In this document: one piece after another, positions 52,948 to 64,000 of the stretch
Numbering within the stretch: position 1 is the stretch's first letter
Layout: every line of letters begins with the position of its first letter
NCBI GenBank assembly: GCA_964016885.1
Contig: OZ024750.1
Span: 41,292,001 to 41,356,000, forward strand
Reading direction: 5' to 3'
DNA length: 64,000 nt
From: Eledone cirrhosa
Lineage: Eukaryota
Made by a program: the position numbers and the translations under genes
Notes under the pieces: generated by a model
Told to the model about the DNA's origin: nothing
The model's input: the letters and a program-made list of their open reading frames with translations, nothing else
Database searches by the model: none

Positions 52948-53288
52948 TCATCATCATCATCATCATCATTTTACGTCCGCTTTTCCCTGCTTGCAAGGGT
53001 GGGACGGGAACTGATTCTGGCTTGATTTCTACAGCTGGATGCCCTTCCTAACACCAACCTCATTTACAGTGAGTGCTGGGTACTTTTTTGCTGTGGCACC
53101 TCCACGACCACTTTGCAGTAGAATGATAGGGACCCCACTCCCTATCATCTCATTTCTACAACTGAGTAAACTGGAGCAATGTGAAATAAAGTGTCTTGCT
53201 CAAGGAAACAACACATCACCCGGTTTGAGAATTGAACTCACAACCTTTCGATTGCAAGGCCAATGCTCTAACCACTAAGCCATGTGCC
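52948..53288 (-). mobile_element. CORE-type SINE
   Basis: Reverse copy of 2335-2676. Confidence 0.85.
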
Positions 53289-54081
53289 ATCATTGGATGT
53301 AAATGAAGTCACAGGTTTTATATCCGAGTGACCTTCTCCTCGAGAGATGTCTTAATAAAGACTAGCACTCTCTCATGTCACAATAAAAAAAAAACATCAT
53401 TGGATGGCTGTTGACTCTCCAGCGAGTGTAAAATAAGGATGATGATGATTTTATACATACATACATAATAAAAGTACCCAGTCCACACTGTAAAGTGGTT
53501 GGGCTGGTGACTCAACAAAAAGCACCCAGCACTCACTGCAAATGAGGTTGGCATTAGGAAGGGCATCCAGCTGTAGAAACCAAGCCAAAATCAGTTCTGT
53601 ATGCACAAGACATGGTCACCTGACCTAGCATTGCTCACAACAGGACAACTCGTCTAACCCATGCTAGCGTAGAAAAATGGATGTAACACAGTGATGATGA
53701 TGATGATGATGATGATATAAGTATTTCAGAAAGCCAGTACATTATATGTGTGTTTGTGTGTGTGTGTGTGTGTGAGTGTGTGCATGTGAGTATGTGCATG
53801 TGTGTGTATGTGCATGTGTATGTGTGTGCGTGTGCGTGTGTGCCTCTTCCCTCCTCCTCAGAGTAGAGAGGGCTTTTTGGTTGGAGCAATAACCGGCATG
53901 ATGGTGGTAGTAGTGGTGTGGTGATGAAGATAGAAACAATGATGAGGGTTGGGATGGTGGGGAGTCATTGATCAATAAACCAAACACACATATATATATA
54001 TATATGTAGATACACACACACACACACACACATATATAAATATATATAGATACACACACACACACACATATATATGTAGAT

Positions 54082-54113
<32 letters not shown>

Positions 54114-54120
54114 GTTTATA

Positions 54121-57100
54121 TGTATGAGGTGAGTTTTATTGTAGCACAATAAAGCAATGCAAATATCGGATAAGTAGCACTCCACAGTTTATGGGACTGG
54201 AGTATAAATAATATAAGGAAGAATTATCGTAAAACTAACCATGAGAATCTGGAATCAATAAACTTGGAAGCTTCTGAGATTATGTCTAAACTTGGCATCG
54301 AGAAAAAGACCGAACCATTCCTTCCAAGAACTCCGAGGATAAATCTTAAGGATCACAAAAGTAACTTTCTAATGGAACTGCCTGTTAGACTAATCGCCCC
54401 CTCTAAATCAGATCTGGGGTTGTTAGTAAATCCATCTTGGATAGAATTATCCCACAGGTTCGTTCTAATTGCTCTATTTCTAACTTAAATTTATGGATTG
54501 GTACATCTGATGTAATTAACTAGTTCAATGACCTGAATAATAAAAATAAACAAAAATTAATTCAGTTTGACATTGCCAGTTACTATTCTTCTATTTCGCC
54601 TTCACTCTTCAACAACGCTCTCTCTTTTGCATTTAAATATTCTGACATCACCACAGATGAACTTTACATCATTCTCACCGCAAGAAAAACTATCCTGGAA
54701 TTCAACAACGAATATTGGACTAGAGCTGATACTTCCAACAAATTTGACATCACCATGAGTTCGTCGGATTCATCGCAATTGACTGATTTGATTGGAATTT
54801 TCATTTTGAACTCTTTAAATCGGAAAATTCCTCAACTTCGCGGTGGAATTTATCGTGACGACGCCCTTTTTACTGTCTTAAACTGTAACTTAGTTAACCT
54901 TAATATTATTAAGAATAATATACTTGATCTATTTAAACACCATAACCTAAAAATTGAATTTGAAAACAACGTCAAACTAGCTAACTTCCTGGATATATCC
55001 CTTAACCTTGACACCGGCCTATATACCATAAAGACAATGAGAATCTAAATTATGTTAATTTTAAATCTAACCACCCAATTAACGTTAAAAATGCTATAGT
55101 CAGTAATGTTGAAAAAAGAATCTCAAATCTATCTTCTAATAAATTTATCTTTGACGCTAAAGCCAATTATTACAACAATGCGCTTTCCAGAGCCGGTTAT
55201 CCTGACAAAATTAAATACAGTAAAGAAACCAATCATCAAGGGACTTATAGTAATATAGTTAGTTATAAGCATTCCAAGAACATAAAGAAAAGACCTAGAT
55301 ATAAAAATATGCTCCTTTTTCTCTATCTATTATTAGTAATATTCCTAAACTATTTTTTAGGGCCTTAGATAAATGCTTCCCTCCTTCACATATTTATAGT
55401 AAGATCTTTAATAAACATACAATTAAATTCTCTTATTCCACCACTTCCAACATCTCTAACATTATCTCAAAACATAATAAAATATTAAGTAATAAATGAT
55501 ATCCATCCAACACTGAGCGTCATAATAATAAAAATAGTAAGCCCGACGTCAATGTTAACTCTAGGCTAGATTCCGTAAATTTAAATACGACGTCAAACAT
55601 AACTTTGTCGAATGTTCATAATACCAATCTAAATCAGGAAACTTTAACACCTATCATAAGTAACTTCTCCAATTCAATTCCTTCTATAAATAATACTGGG
55701 TCACTTGCTAATAACTCTGGTAATTTCTCTAATCGTAATTGCAATTGCCCTGTTAGAACTAAATGTCCTCTTAGTAACCAATGTCTTGATAAAAATTTAG
55801 TGTATGAATGTAAGGTTATAACTGGTACTAATTCTTTTACCTATTTTGGTTCCACTTCCACTTCCTTTAAAGCAGGATTTTATAATCACAATTCCTCTTT
55901 TAAATACCAACTTAAAAGAACTAACACGGCACTCTCAGAACTTAAAGGACAAAAATGTTAACTACAACATTTCTTAGAGGAAGGTTTGCAACGCCTCTCC
56001 TTGCCTTAATTCTTCCCTATCCAGAACATGTAATCTCTGCCTACCGGAGAAATTTACCATTATCTCTAATTTTAATTCTATAATAAATAGACGTACGGAT
56101 TTATTTTCGCTCTGCTTGCATAAATCCCATAGAACTTTCCATAAAGTATACAGCTAATATTTTACTACCTAATTAGTTTAAAATATTCTTTTTCTCAAAC
56201 GCTTTTATATTTTTTACAAATATACCCATCTTTCTACCTTATTTCGGTATATTATGCAATATTACTCATACTATGTCGTTAGCGGTCCCCTAATTTTCTT
56301 CTTTTTTAATTTCTAAACTTTAATCTGCAACTTTTACTTCTCAATTACTTCTTAATTCATATTATAACTCACTATAGCATTTTCCTTACATTCTCGGCCA
56401 TACAAATTTTTATTTTTAATATATATTAATATTACCATTAGAGAAATTTTGTAAACATATTTTTTTGACGTTATATTTTTTCTTCCTTGAATTTCTTCTT
56501 TCTTCTCTCCTTCCGTGCTCGTATTAAATCTATTATTTACTTTTTCCTATTACAATATATAGAAACAAACTTGGACCCTAATTAATTCCTCTAAGTTCAT
56601 AATTCATTTAACCTTATCTTCATTCACCTTATCTTCTTAATATATTTTATTTTAATAATACATTTTAATAAATTCCTTTTCGCACATCTTATTAAACCCT
56701 TCAATATATAAACCTTAAATAAATAGTATTCTTAATTCATTTTTCTTTAATCATAAGCATCACCATTCATAAACCTCATTAACTTTTAATTTCTAAATTT
56801 TTTTTAGATTATGTATTATCTTACAACGGTTTTTTATTTTCTCTGTGAGACAGTGTTTCTCAGTATTAAAGGTTATCTCTCACTCTCTCTCTCACTCATT
56901 TTCTCCTCCTCTCTCATACTTCCTTCTTTCACTCCTCCTCCGTCATCCTTTCCTTATTATTTTTTTCTTCTATCTATATTCTTTCTTCTTCTTCCTTACC
57001 TTTTCCTTCCCCCCCTTCCTTTCCTTTTTTCCCAATCTCATATATCCATCTTATTTTATTTTTCATATGTTGATTCACTGCTCGCAAGTGTTTTTTAAGC

Positions 57101-57225
57101 TTCATATCATGTCTCCCTATTTTATCTGATAAGAACGCAAATATTATCCCATGATGACATTTGTTTTTGAAATGAACATAATAAAATACATGGAACTCTT
57201 TTAACCATCTTTTGATTTTATATTA
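54121..57225 (+). mobile_element. Degraded, longer copy of the same Penelope-like family
   Basis: LKDHKSNF..PVRLIAPSKSDLG, QFDIASYYSSIS, FDITMSS, GIYRDD and GIY-YIG pieces with frameshifts. Mutated HHR (CTGATAA at 57126). Inverted terminal segment at 54121-54217. Confidence 0.9.
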
Positions 57226-57390
57226 TATATGTTTATATATATATATATATATATCAAGTAAGAATATTTTCGAAACAGCGAGCGAGTTTGAAATTAGAAA
57301 TATAAGCTATCGCCGTATTTTGACTAAAGAAAATTATTTAGCCTGATAGTGGGGTTAAGAACCATCAGAGAAATGGAAAAAGATGAGTAT

Positions 57391-57461
57391 TGACGTACAT
57401 GGGAGTCGAACCCACATCTTTGGTTATCCAGACCACTGTGCTACCATTACACCAACACATC
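57391..57461 (-). tRNA. tRNA-like sequence (anticodon GGA, short variable loop), probably not a translational tRNA, inside a 259-bp partial-tandem unit (57254-57558)
   Basis: gatgtgt-tg-gtgtaatggtagcac-a-gtggt-ctggata-accaa-agat-gtggg-ttcgact-cccat-gtacgtc-a folds as a cloverleaf with several G-U pairs. TTTTT lies 9 nt downstream. Confidence 0.55.
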
Positions 57462-57854
57462 ACCCGTCTTCTTCCATTCAAATTAGAAGCTATAATCTTA
57501 GCAAGTGTAATGTCAAGTAAAAATATTTTTGAAACAGCGAGCGAGTTTGAAATTAGAATATATTTGAAATTAGAATTATATATATATATATATATATAAA
57601 TATTTACACATACACCAATTAAACAAAGTCACAGGTATATATGTGTTTTTGCAACTTTTCACGATGTGGCTCAATGGAGAATTAATAAATTAATCAGAGC
57701 GAAATACTATAGAGTAAAGCATGTCCAGAGAATTATGCCTTTTATTCTTATACCCTTGTCGAATTGATTTTTTGTGTGGTTAATTATGCTGATTGGGAGT
57801 AGAGATGATGTATATATATTATCAAATAATTCTCTGGATATGCTTTACTCTATA

Positions 57855-57896
<42 letters not shown>

Positions 57897-58070
57897 AATA
57901 AAAAAACAAATGATCGCCCTACATGGCTGAATACAGTAAATGTAATCTGAGTTTTTCGAATATTAATAATAACATTCGATTCGTTTGCAATTATACAAAC
58001 AAGCCTTATTTTTAAAGCCATGTCAGTAGAATGAGCCCCTCATTCTTGCTCTTGTGTTGGCATGTAAACA

Positions 58071-58120
58071 GAACTACAGACACTAATGTTTCTGGGTATT
58101 ACCCTTCATCAGTACAATTC
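58071..58120 (-). ncRNA. Type-I hammerhead ribozyme (family B, element about 57900-58160)
   Basis: Minus strand: gaattgta-CTGATGA-a-gggt-aat-accc-a-GAAAC-attagt-GTC-tgtagttc. Confidence 0.75.
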
Positions 58121-58336
58121 ACTGTTCACCTGCCAACTGTCAGAGCTAGTGTAAATTTTTATATGATATTTTCTAAAATATACAATGACTGATCGGCCTG
58201 ATTTGCATATTAGCAGACTGGCTGATCAGTCAGATCTGCATATTAGCAGATGACGATGGTGGTTATGATGGTGGTGGTAGTAGTGGTGCTGATGATGATG
58301 GTGGTGGTGGTGGTGTGGTGGTAGTAGTGATGACAC

Positions 58337-58367
<31 letters not shown>

Positions 58368-58369
58368 AC

Positions 58370-58416
<47 letters not shown>

Positions 58417-58660
58417 CATCCCTGATGTAATACATAGTTAGATTATCTCTAACCCATGCTAGCGTGGAAGAACGGATGTAAAACGGTGATGATGATGTAT
58501 TTACTTCTATCACACACTGTTAAAGGCAGCTTTCTTATAAGATTTTACCTCCAAATTTCCATTGAAAGACTCGGGTAAGAAACTTTAAAATTACCAAGAT
58601 GAAAAGATTAACATTTAACAGATGGATTACTAGTAAACTTTTATAGTATTTCATACTTAC

Positions 58661-58737
58661 CTGTAGCTTTTATGGCTGACAGACAAATTATTCATCATGT
58701 GATTCTTCATTTCTGCCAAATCTTTACTCAATATCAT
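58661..58737 (-). CDS. Possible first coding exon of an unidentified host gene
   Basis: ATG-MILSKDLAEMKNHMMNNLSVSHKSY ends at a consensus donor CAG|GTAAGT in non-repetitive sequence. No homology recognised. Confidence 0.25.
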
Positions 58738-58817
58738 AAAGATATTTCAAATTTGTCGTTCTTAAAAATCTTATTTTTGAATTTCTTCTCAACAACTTGA
58801 TAACTTCACTTAGTAAA

Positions 58818-59310
58818 TAACCCTTTTGATACCAAACTACCTGAAACCACACCCTTCTTCTATGATACAAAACTGTTTATTTTAAACTGCTGATATTTAT
58901 CTAAAATAATTTCATGTAAGAACCTTTGTTAAGTTATGTTTGAAACACCAGCTTAACCCTTTTGATACCAAACTACCTGAAACAACCAACCAGTTCTATG
59001 ATACGAAACTGTTCATTTTAAACTGCTGATATTTATCTAAAATAATTTCATGTAAGAACCTTTGTTAAGTTATGTTTGAAACACCAGCTTAACCCTTTTG
59101 ATACCAAACTACCTGAAACAACCAACCAGTTCTATGATACAAAACTGTTCATTTTAAACTGCTGATATTTATCTAAAATAATTTCATGTAAGAACCTTTG
59201 TTAAGTTATGTTCGAAACACCAGCTTAACCCTTTTGATACCAAACTACCTGAAACAACCAGCCAGTTGTATGATACAAAACTATTTACTTTAAACTGTTT
59301 ATATTTATCT
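58818..59310. repeat. 136-bp tandem repeat, about 3.6 copies
   Basis: taacccttttgataccaaactacctgaaac at 58818, 58954, 59090 and 59226. Confidence 0.9.
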
Positions 59311-59562
59311 TTAAAAAAAACATCAACCATAATTTTATGTAGGTAAGAACTTTTGTTATGTTTAAATGAGAAAATTAATTATATTACTAAATCTCTTCAA
59401 ATTCTTGCTGATTTTTAAAACAATTTGAAAATTATAGGTACTAGGTGCAGATCAAATCACATTAAATCTCGATTTCAAAGCAAAACTGATCATAAGATGT
59501 TCCAATACTATATCTCAGAAATGATTTAATGAAATTTTGTGCAACTTCATATTTCCATTACG

Positions 59563-59639
<77 letters not shown>

Positions 59640-59699
59640 CATACATATATATATATCATCATCATCGTTTAACGTCCATCTTCCACGCTAGCATGGGTC

Positions 59700-59733
<34 letters not shown>

Positions 59734-59749
59734 CATACATATATATATA

Positions 59750-60595
59750 TCATCATCATCATCATCATCATCAGGTTTAGCGTCCGTGTTCCACGCTTGC
59801 ATGGGTTTGGACGGGGGTTTTCCCACTTGAGGCAAGAGTGGTTGTCTTGCTCGCATAGGACTGTCTGGCGGGTTTTCTACAGTTGGATGCCCTTCCTAAC
59901 ACCAACCACATTTACAGTGTGGGGCTGGGAGGTTTTTACCGTGTTGCCTACACGGCCACATTACAGCGTGGACTGTCTGGCGGGTTTTCTACAGCTGGAT
60001 GCCCTTCCTAACACCAACCACATTTACAGTGTGGGGCTGGGAGGTTTTTACCGTGTTGCCTACACGGCCACATTTACAGCGTGGACTGTGTGTTTTTTGT
60101 CGTGACACCTACACGATCTCATTTGTTTCGGCCTGGATGTTGTGGGACCAACATAACTTTACATTGAAAGGGGCGGTCTGCGCAGTTGAAGGAGCTAGTA
60201 TTTTGTGGGCACTTGCTGCTACTTATTGCACCAGAGCACCGGCCACATGTAAAATCTATGTTCTTAGTTAGCTTACCTGTGATCCCACTACATCTTTTAT
60301 GCACCCATACTTTGCATTTGGGACATAAAATGGAGTTTCTACCTACGCCTTTCCTGCACACTGAGCATGGCCATTTCCCAGATGGGACCGCCGCCTTATT
60401 TTCTTTCCTACAAACTAGAACTTTAGTCTTAGCCAGGTTAATTTTAAGGCCTTTTGATTCTAGGCCGTGCTTCCATGTTTGGAATTTCTTCTCTAGTTCG
60501 GTCATTGATTCAGCTATGAGCGTTAGATCATCTGCGTATAGGAGTTCCCATGGGCAACCGGTCTTGAACTCCTCTGTTATAGCCTGAAGGGCAAT
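59750..60595 (-). mobile_element. RTE-clade LINE fragment (YADD region and PHD-like finger) joined to a 3'-UTR module with two 112-bp units
   Basis: PWELLYADDLTLIAES..GLKINLAKTKVL..CSVC..CPKC..H..C..CGRC. Confidence 0.8.
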
Positions 60596-60676
60596 AATAA
60601 ATATATATATGATTTATTTAAAAACGTTTTCTCTATTTGCTAAACCTTGATTTTATATATACTTATATATTTATAT

Positions 60677-60870
60677 ATAGGAAAAAGTCTAACCCCGACG
60701 GCAGAGCTCAAGCCGTTTTGATGGCTATTTCTCTCCAGAAATAGCCATCGAAACGGCTTGAGCTCTCCCGTCGGGGTTAGACTTTTTCCTATTACCCACT
60801 CTACTACCGTAAGTATTGAGTACTCTGGTGCGTTATGGTCCATCTGGTTCATTACCACACTTCCTTCGTT
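60677..60870. mobile_element. Palindromic insertion (family D), third copy
   Basis: taggaaaaagtctaaccccgacgg...ccgtcggggttagactttttccta plus the tail. Confidence 0.8.
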
Positions 60871-60875
60871 ATATA

Positions 60876-61209
60876 TACACATGGCTTAGTGGTTAGAGCA
60901 TTGGCCTTGCAATTGAAAGGTTGTGATTTCAATTCTGAGACCGGGTGATGTGTTGTTTCCTTGAACAAGACACTTTATTTCACATTGCTCCAGTTTACTC
61001 AGCTGTAGAAATGAGATGATAGGGACCCTAGTCCCTATCATTCCACTGCATAGTGGTCGTGGAGGTGCCACGGCAAAAAAGCCCCCAGCACTCACTGTAA
61101 ATGAGGTTGGTGTTAGGAAGGGCATCCAGCTGTAGAAATCAAGCCAGAATCAGTTCCCGTCCCACCCTTGCAAGCAAGGAAAAGCGCACGTAAAATGATG
61201 ATGATGATG

Positions 61210-61210
<1 letters not shown>
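60876..61210 (+). mobile_element. CORE-type SINE
   Basis: Copy of 2335-2676. Confidence 0.85.
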
Positions 61211-61246
<36 letters not shown>

Positions 61247-61492
61247 ATAATGAAGGAAGTGTGGTAATGAAGCAGATGGACCATATATATATATATATAT
61301 ACATGTATATACATACATATATATATATGTATATATGTATATATATAGGCAGAAGAATGGCTGTGTTGTTAAGGTGGTTTGGGGGTTCTATCCCACTGCA
61401 CTGTATGGCACCTTGGGTAAGTGTAGGTTGTCCCATGCCTTGTCAGTGGGATTTGGTAGACAGCAACTGAGAAGTCTGTCATATATATATAC

Positions 61493-61578
<86 letters not shown>

Positions 61579-61796
61579 ATATGTATATATGTGTGTGTGT
61601 GTGCATGTTTGTGAAAAGTAAACAAAAATAACAAACCAAATAATGCAGCAATACAGTACAAGGAAGAAATATATTAGTTTAACGCTTAAGAAAATTTTCG
61701 CTCTACATGGCTGAATACAATAAATATGATCTGAGTTTTTTTAATATTAAATCGAATGTTATTATTAATATTCGAAAAACTCAGATTTCATTTATA

Positions 61797-61831
<35 letters not shown>

Positions 61832-61832
<1 letters not shown>

Positions 61833-62445
61833 TGGTTGATATCTTCTGGTACCTAGGTGATCAGATTAGCATGGGGGGGGGGGGGGGTTCTGAGGCCATA
61901 GTATCTAGAATAAGGATGGGTTGGAAGAAGATTAGGGAGCTGCTTCCTCTGCTGATGAAGAAGGATTTCTCCCTGCGTACGAAAGGCCGGTTATATGATG
62001 CCTGTGTGAGGTGCGCGATGCTGCATGGTAGTGAGACTTGGGCAGCAACTGCAGAGGATATGCGACAGCTGAAGAGAAATGAGGCAAGTATGCTCCGTTG
62101 GATGTGCAGTGTAAATGTGCGTGAACAGCCGAGCATGGATGTGTTGAGAGAGAAACTGTGTCTGAGAGGGATAAATTGTTGTGTATGGGAGAGGAGACTG
62201 TGATGCGCATGGAGGATGACCGATGGGTGAAGTGCCAAGAAATGCCAGTTGAAGGAAGACATGGTAGTGGTAGACCATGAAAAACATGGGCGGAAGTGGT
62301 GAGAGCTGACCTCAGATCGCTGAAGCTCACGGTGGAGATGACAAAGGACCGTGATGAGTGGAGAGATGCTGTGCTGAATAGGACCCGTCCCACCCTTGCA
62401 AGCAGGGAAAAGCGGACGTAAAATGATGATGATGATAATGATGAT
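61832..62445 (+). mobile_element. RTE-clade LINE 3' part, probable partner of the CORE-SINE
   Basis: VDIFWYLGD..RIRMGWKKIRELLPLL..KGRLYDACVRCAMLHGSETWA. The 3' tail is shared with the SINE. Confidence 0.85.
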
Positions 62446-62958
62446 ATACATATATATATATAGAAAGAGAGAGACGGAGAGAGGGTGAGATGTGTGTATG
62501 TCTGAGATGCCTACATATTAAAAACAGTTAACTTTATAGAGTTATATATATATATATATAGAATTCACATGAATCAAAGTTCTGTTCAAACCATTTATTA
62601 GCTTACAATTGTTTCATCCAAACCGAGGTTTGGAGTCTTCGGAGCATTTTTCAATGTTTGTTTACATACATGACCTCCTTTCCAACACAAGAGACATTCA
62701 GATACATATGTATATATTGATGCACAGTGGGGTGACATCCATTATATTATTTCTGAATGGCAATATAAATTCAAAAATTAAAATCAGAACTTTGATTCAT
62801 GTGAATTCTATAAAACTGCTCTGTAGAACAACTGATGTTATTACATTGAGCTATTTATCTTACTGGTAATAAGTTACTGACTTTCACTGTTTAGGGTTTA
62901 AAATATATATAACTATAAAAAGTTTTAGTATATACCTAACCATAAATAGTATCCTTAA

Positions 62959-63004
<46 letters not shown>

Positions 63005-63010
<6 letters not shown>

Positions 63011-64000
63011 ATACTTTGGGAGGGTCATGTTGCCAATAAGAAACACACGCACCAGTTGCTTTCACTTCAGTTTATTATATATTTATAAATTTATAAATTT
63101 ACAAATCTACAAACCTATAAATTTCTGGTTGGTTGGTTGGTTCCACAACCAGATAGTTGTTTATATATAGTCATAGTCCTTTCGTCACACACTCTGTGAC
63201 CTCTTCAGTGACTGGGGATTCCTTTCCTTTGTTTCTGTGCCTTTCCTTTCTTCTATCCTACGCCATTTTGTTTCTGTGTGTGTGTTGTGTGCTCAGTTTG
63301 CGCATGCGCCATATCCGGGTGTCTGTGTGTGTTTGTGTTCATTTATCTATTTGTTTATTTATTTATTTATTTATTGTTGGTTGGTTGTTTGTTCTATGTG
63401 TGTGTGTGTTTTCATTTTGTCCTGTGTGTGTTTTCATTTTGTCCTTAATTGTAAGTTGTTTGTTCTATGTGTGTGTGTGTTTTCATTTTGTCCTGTGTGT
63501 GTTTTCATTTTGTCCTTAATTGTAAATTGTGATGTTGCTGTTCCACTCATATTTTCTATTTAATTTTGGTTTTAATTCTTTTATGCTTACTGCCTCTGTA
63601 ATTTGCCTAAACATTGCGTCTTTTCTGTGTGTGGATTCTATTTTTATTTCTATGTTCTCTAGTCTACCTCTGTGTTCTATCTTAGCATGTTGGTAGAGCA
63701 CAGATGATTCTTTATTATCTTGGAGGTCTCGCCAGTGTTCATTTATTCGTTCCCCTATACTACGAGCTGTCTCACCTATGTACACTATATTTTTGTTTCT
63801 ACATTGTCCTTCTGTACATCTTATGCTATACGTATGTATAGCATACGTATGTATAGCATAAGATATACAGAAGGACAATGTAGAAACAAAAATATAGTGT
63901 ACATAGGTGAGACAGCTCGTAGTATAGGGGAACGAATAAATGAACACTGGCGAGACCTCCAAGATAATAAAGAATCATCTGTGCTCTACCAACATGCTAA
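63005..64000 (-). mobile_element. Penelope-like element 3' end (GIY-YIG at about 63516-63830, 3' UTR, HHR), head-to-head with an inverted copy that runs off the window
   Basis: YSIRCTEGQC..VYIGETARSIGERINEH..YQH..RQITEAVSI..LNRKYEW. 63851-64000 is the reverse complement of 63682-63831. Confidence 0.85.
63169..63213 (-). ncRNA. Minimal type-I hammerhead ribozyme in the PLE 3' UTR
   Basis: Minus strand: agtca-CTGAAGA-g-gtcaca-gagtg-tgtgac-GAAA-ggac-TA-tgact, about 300 nt downstream of the GIY-YIG stop. Confidence 0.8.

Overview
Repeat-dense, AT-rich eukaryotic DNA. The SINE, LINE and MITE families and the (TA)n load suggest a cephalopod (octopus-like) genome, which is an inference. I can support only one host coding sequence, a torsin-family AAA+ ATPase (TOR4A-like, 4914-5840). 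The rest is tRNA-derived SINEs (CORE-type and Meta-domain-type), RTE-clade LINE fragments, piggyBac-type MITEs, a non-autonomous Helitron, three Penelope-like element (PLE) remnants (RT and/or GIY-YIG) and at least nine tandem arrays. The largest array is a 12.4-kb 50-bp satellite with 5350-bp and 1350-bp higher-order duplications. The most striking signal is a system of minimal type-I hammerhead ribozymes (HHRs) from at least seven sequence families. Many lie in elements inserted into (TA)n as head-to-head inverted duplications whose symmetry centre falls on the ribozyme core. The clearest case is a 1.5-kb palindrome built from a tandem, non-coding, highly structured 470-bp retrozyme-like monomer (19435-20953). 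All motif calls were made by eye and coordinates of degraded repeats are approximate.
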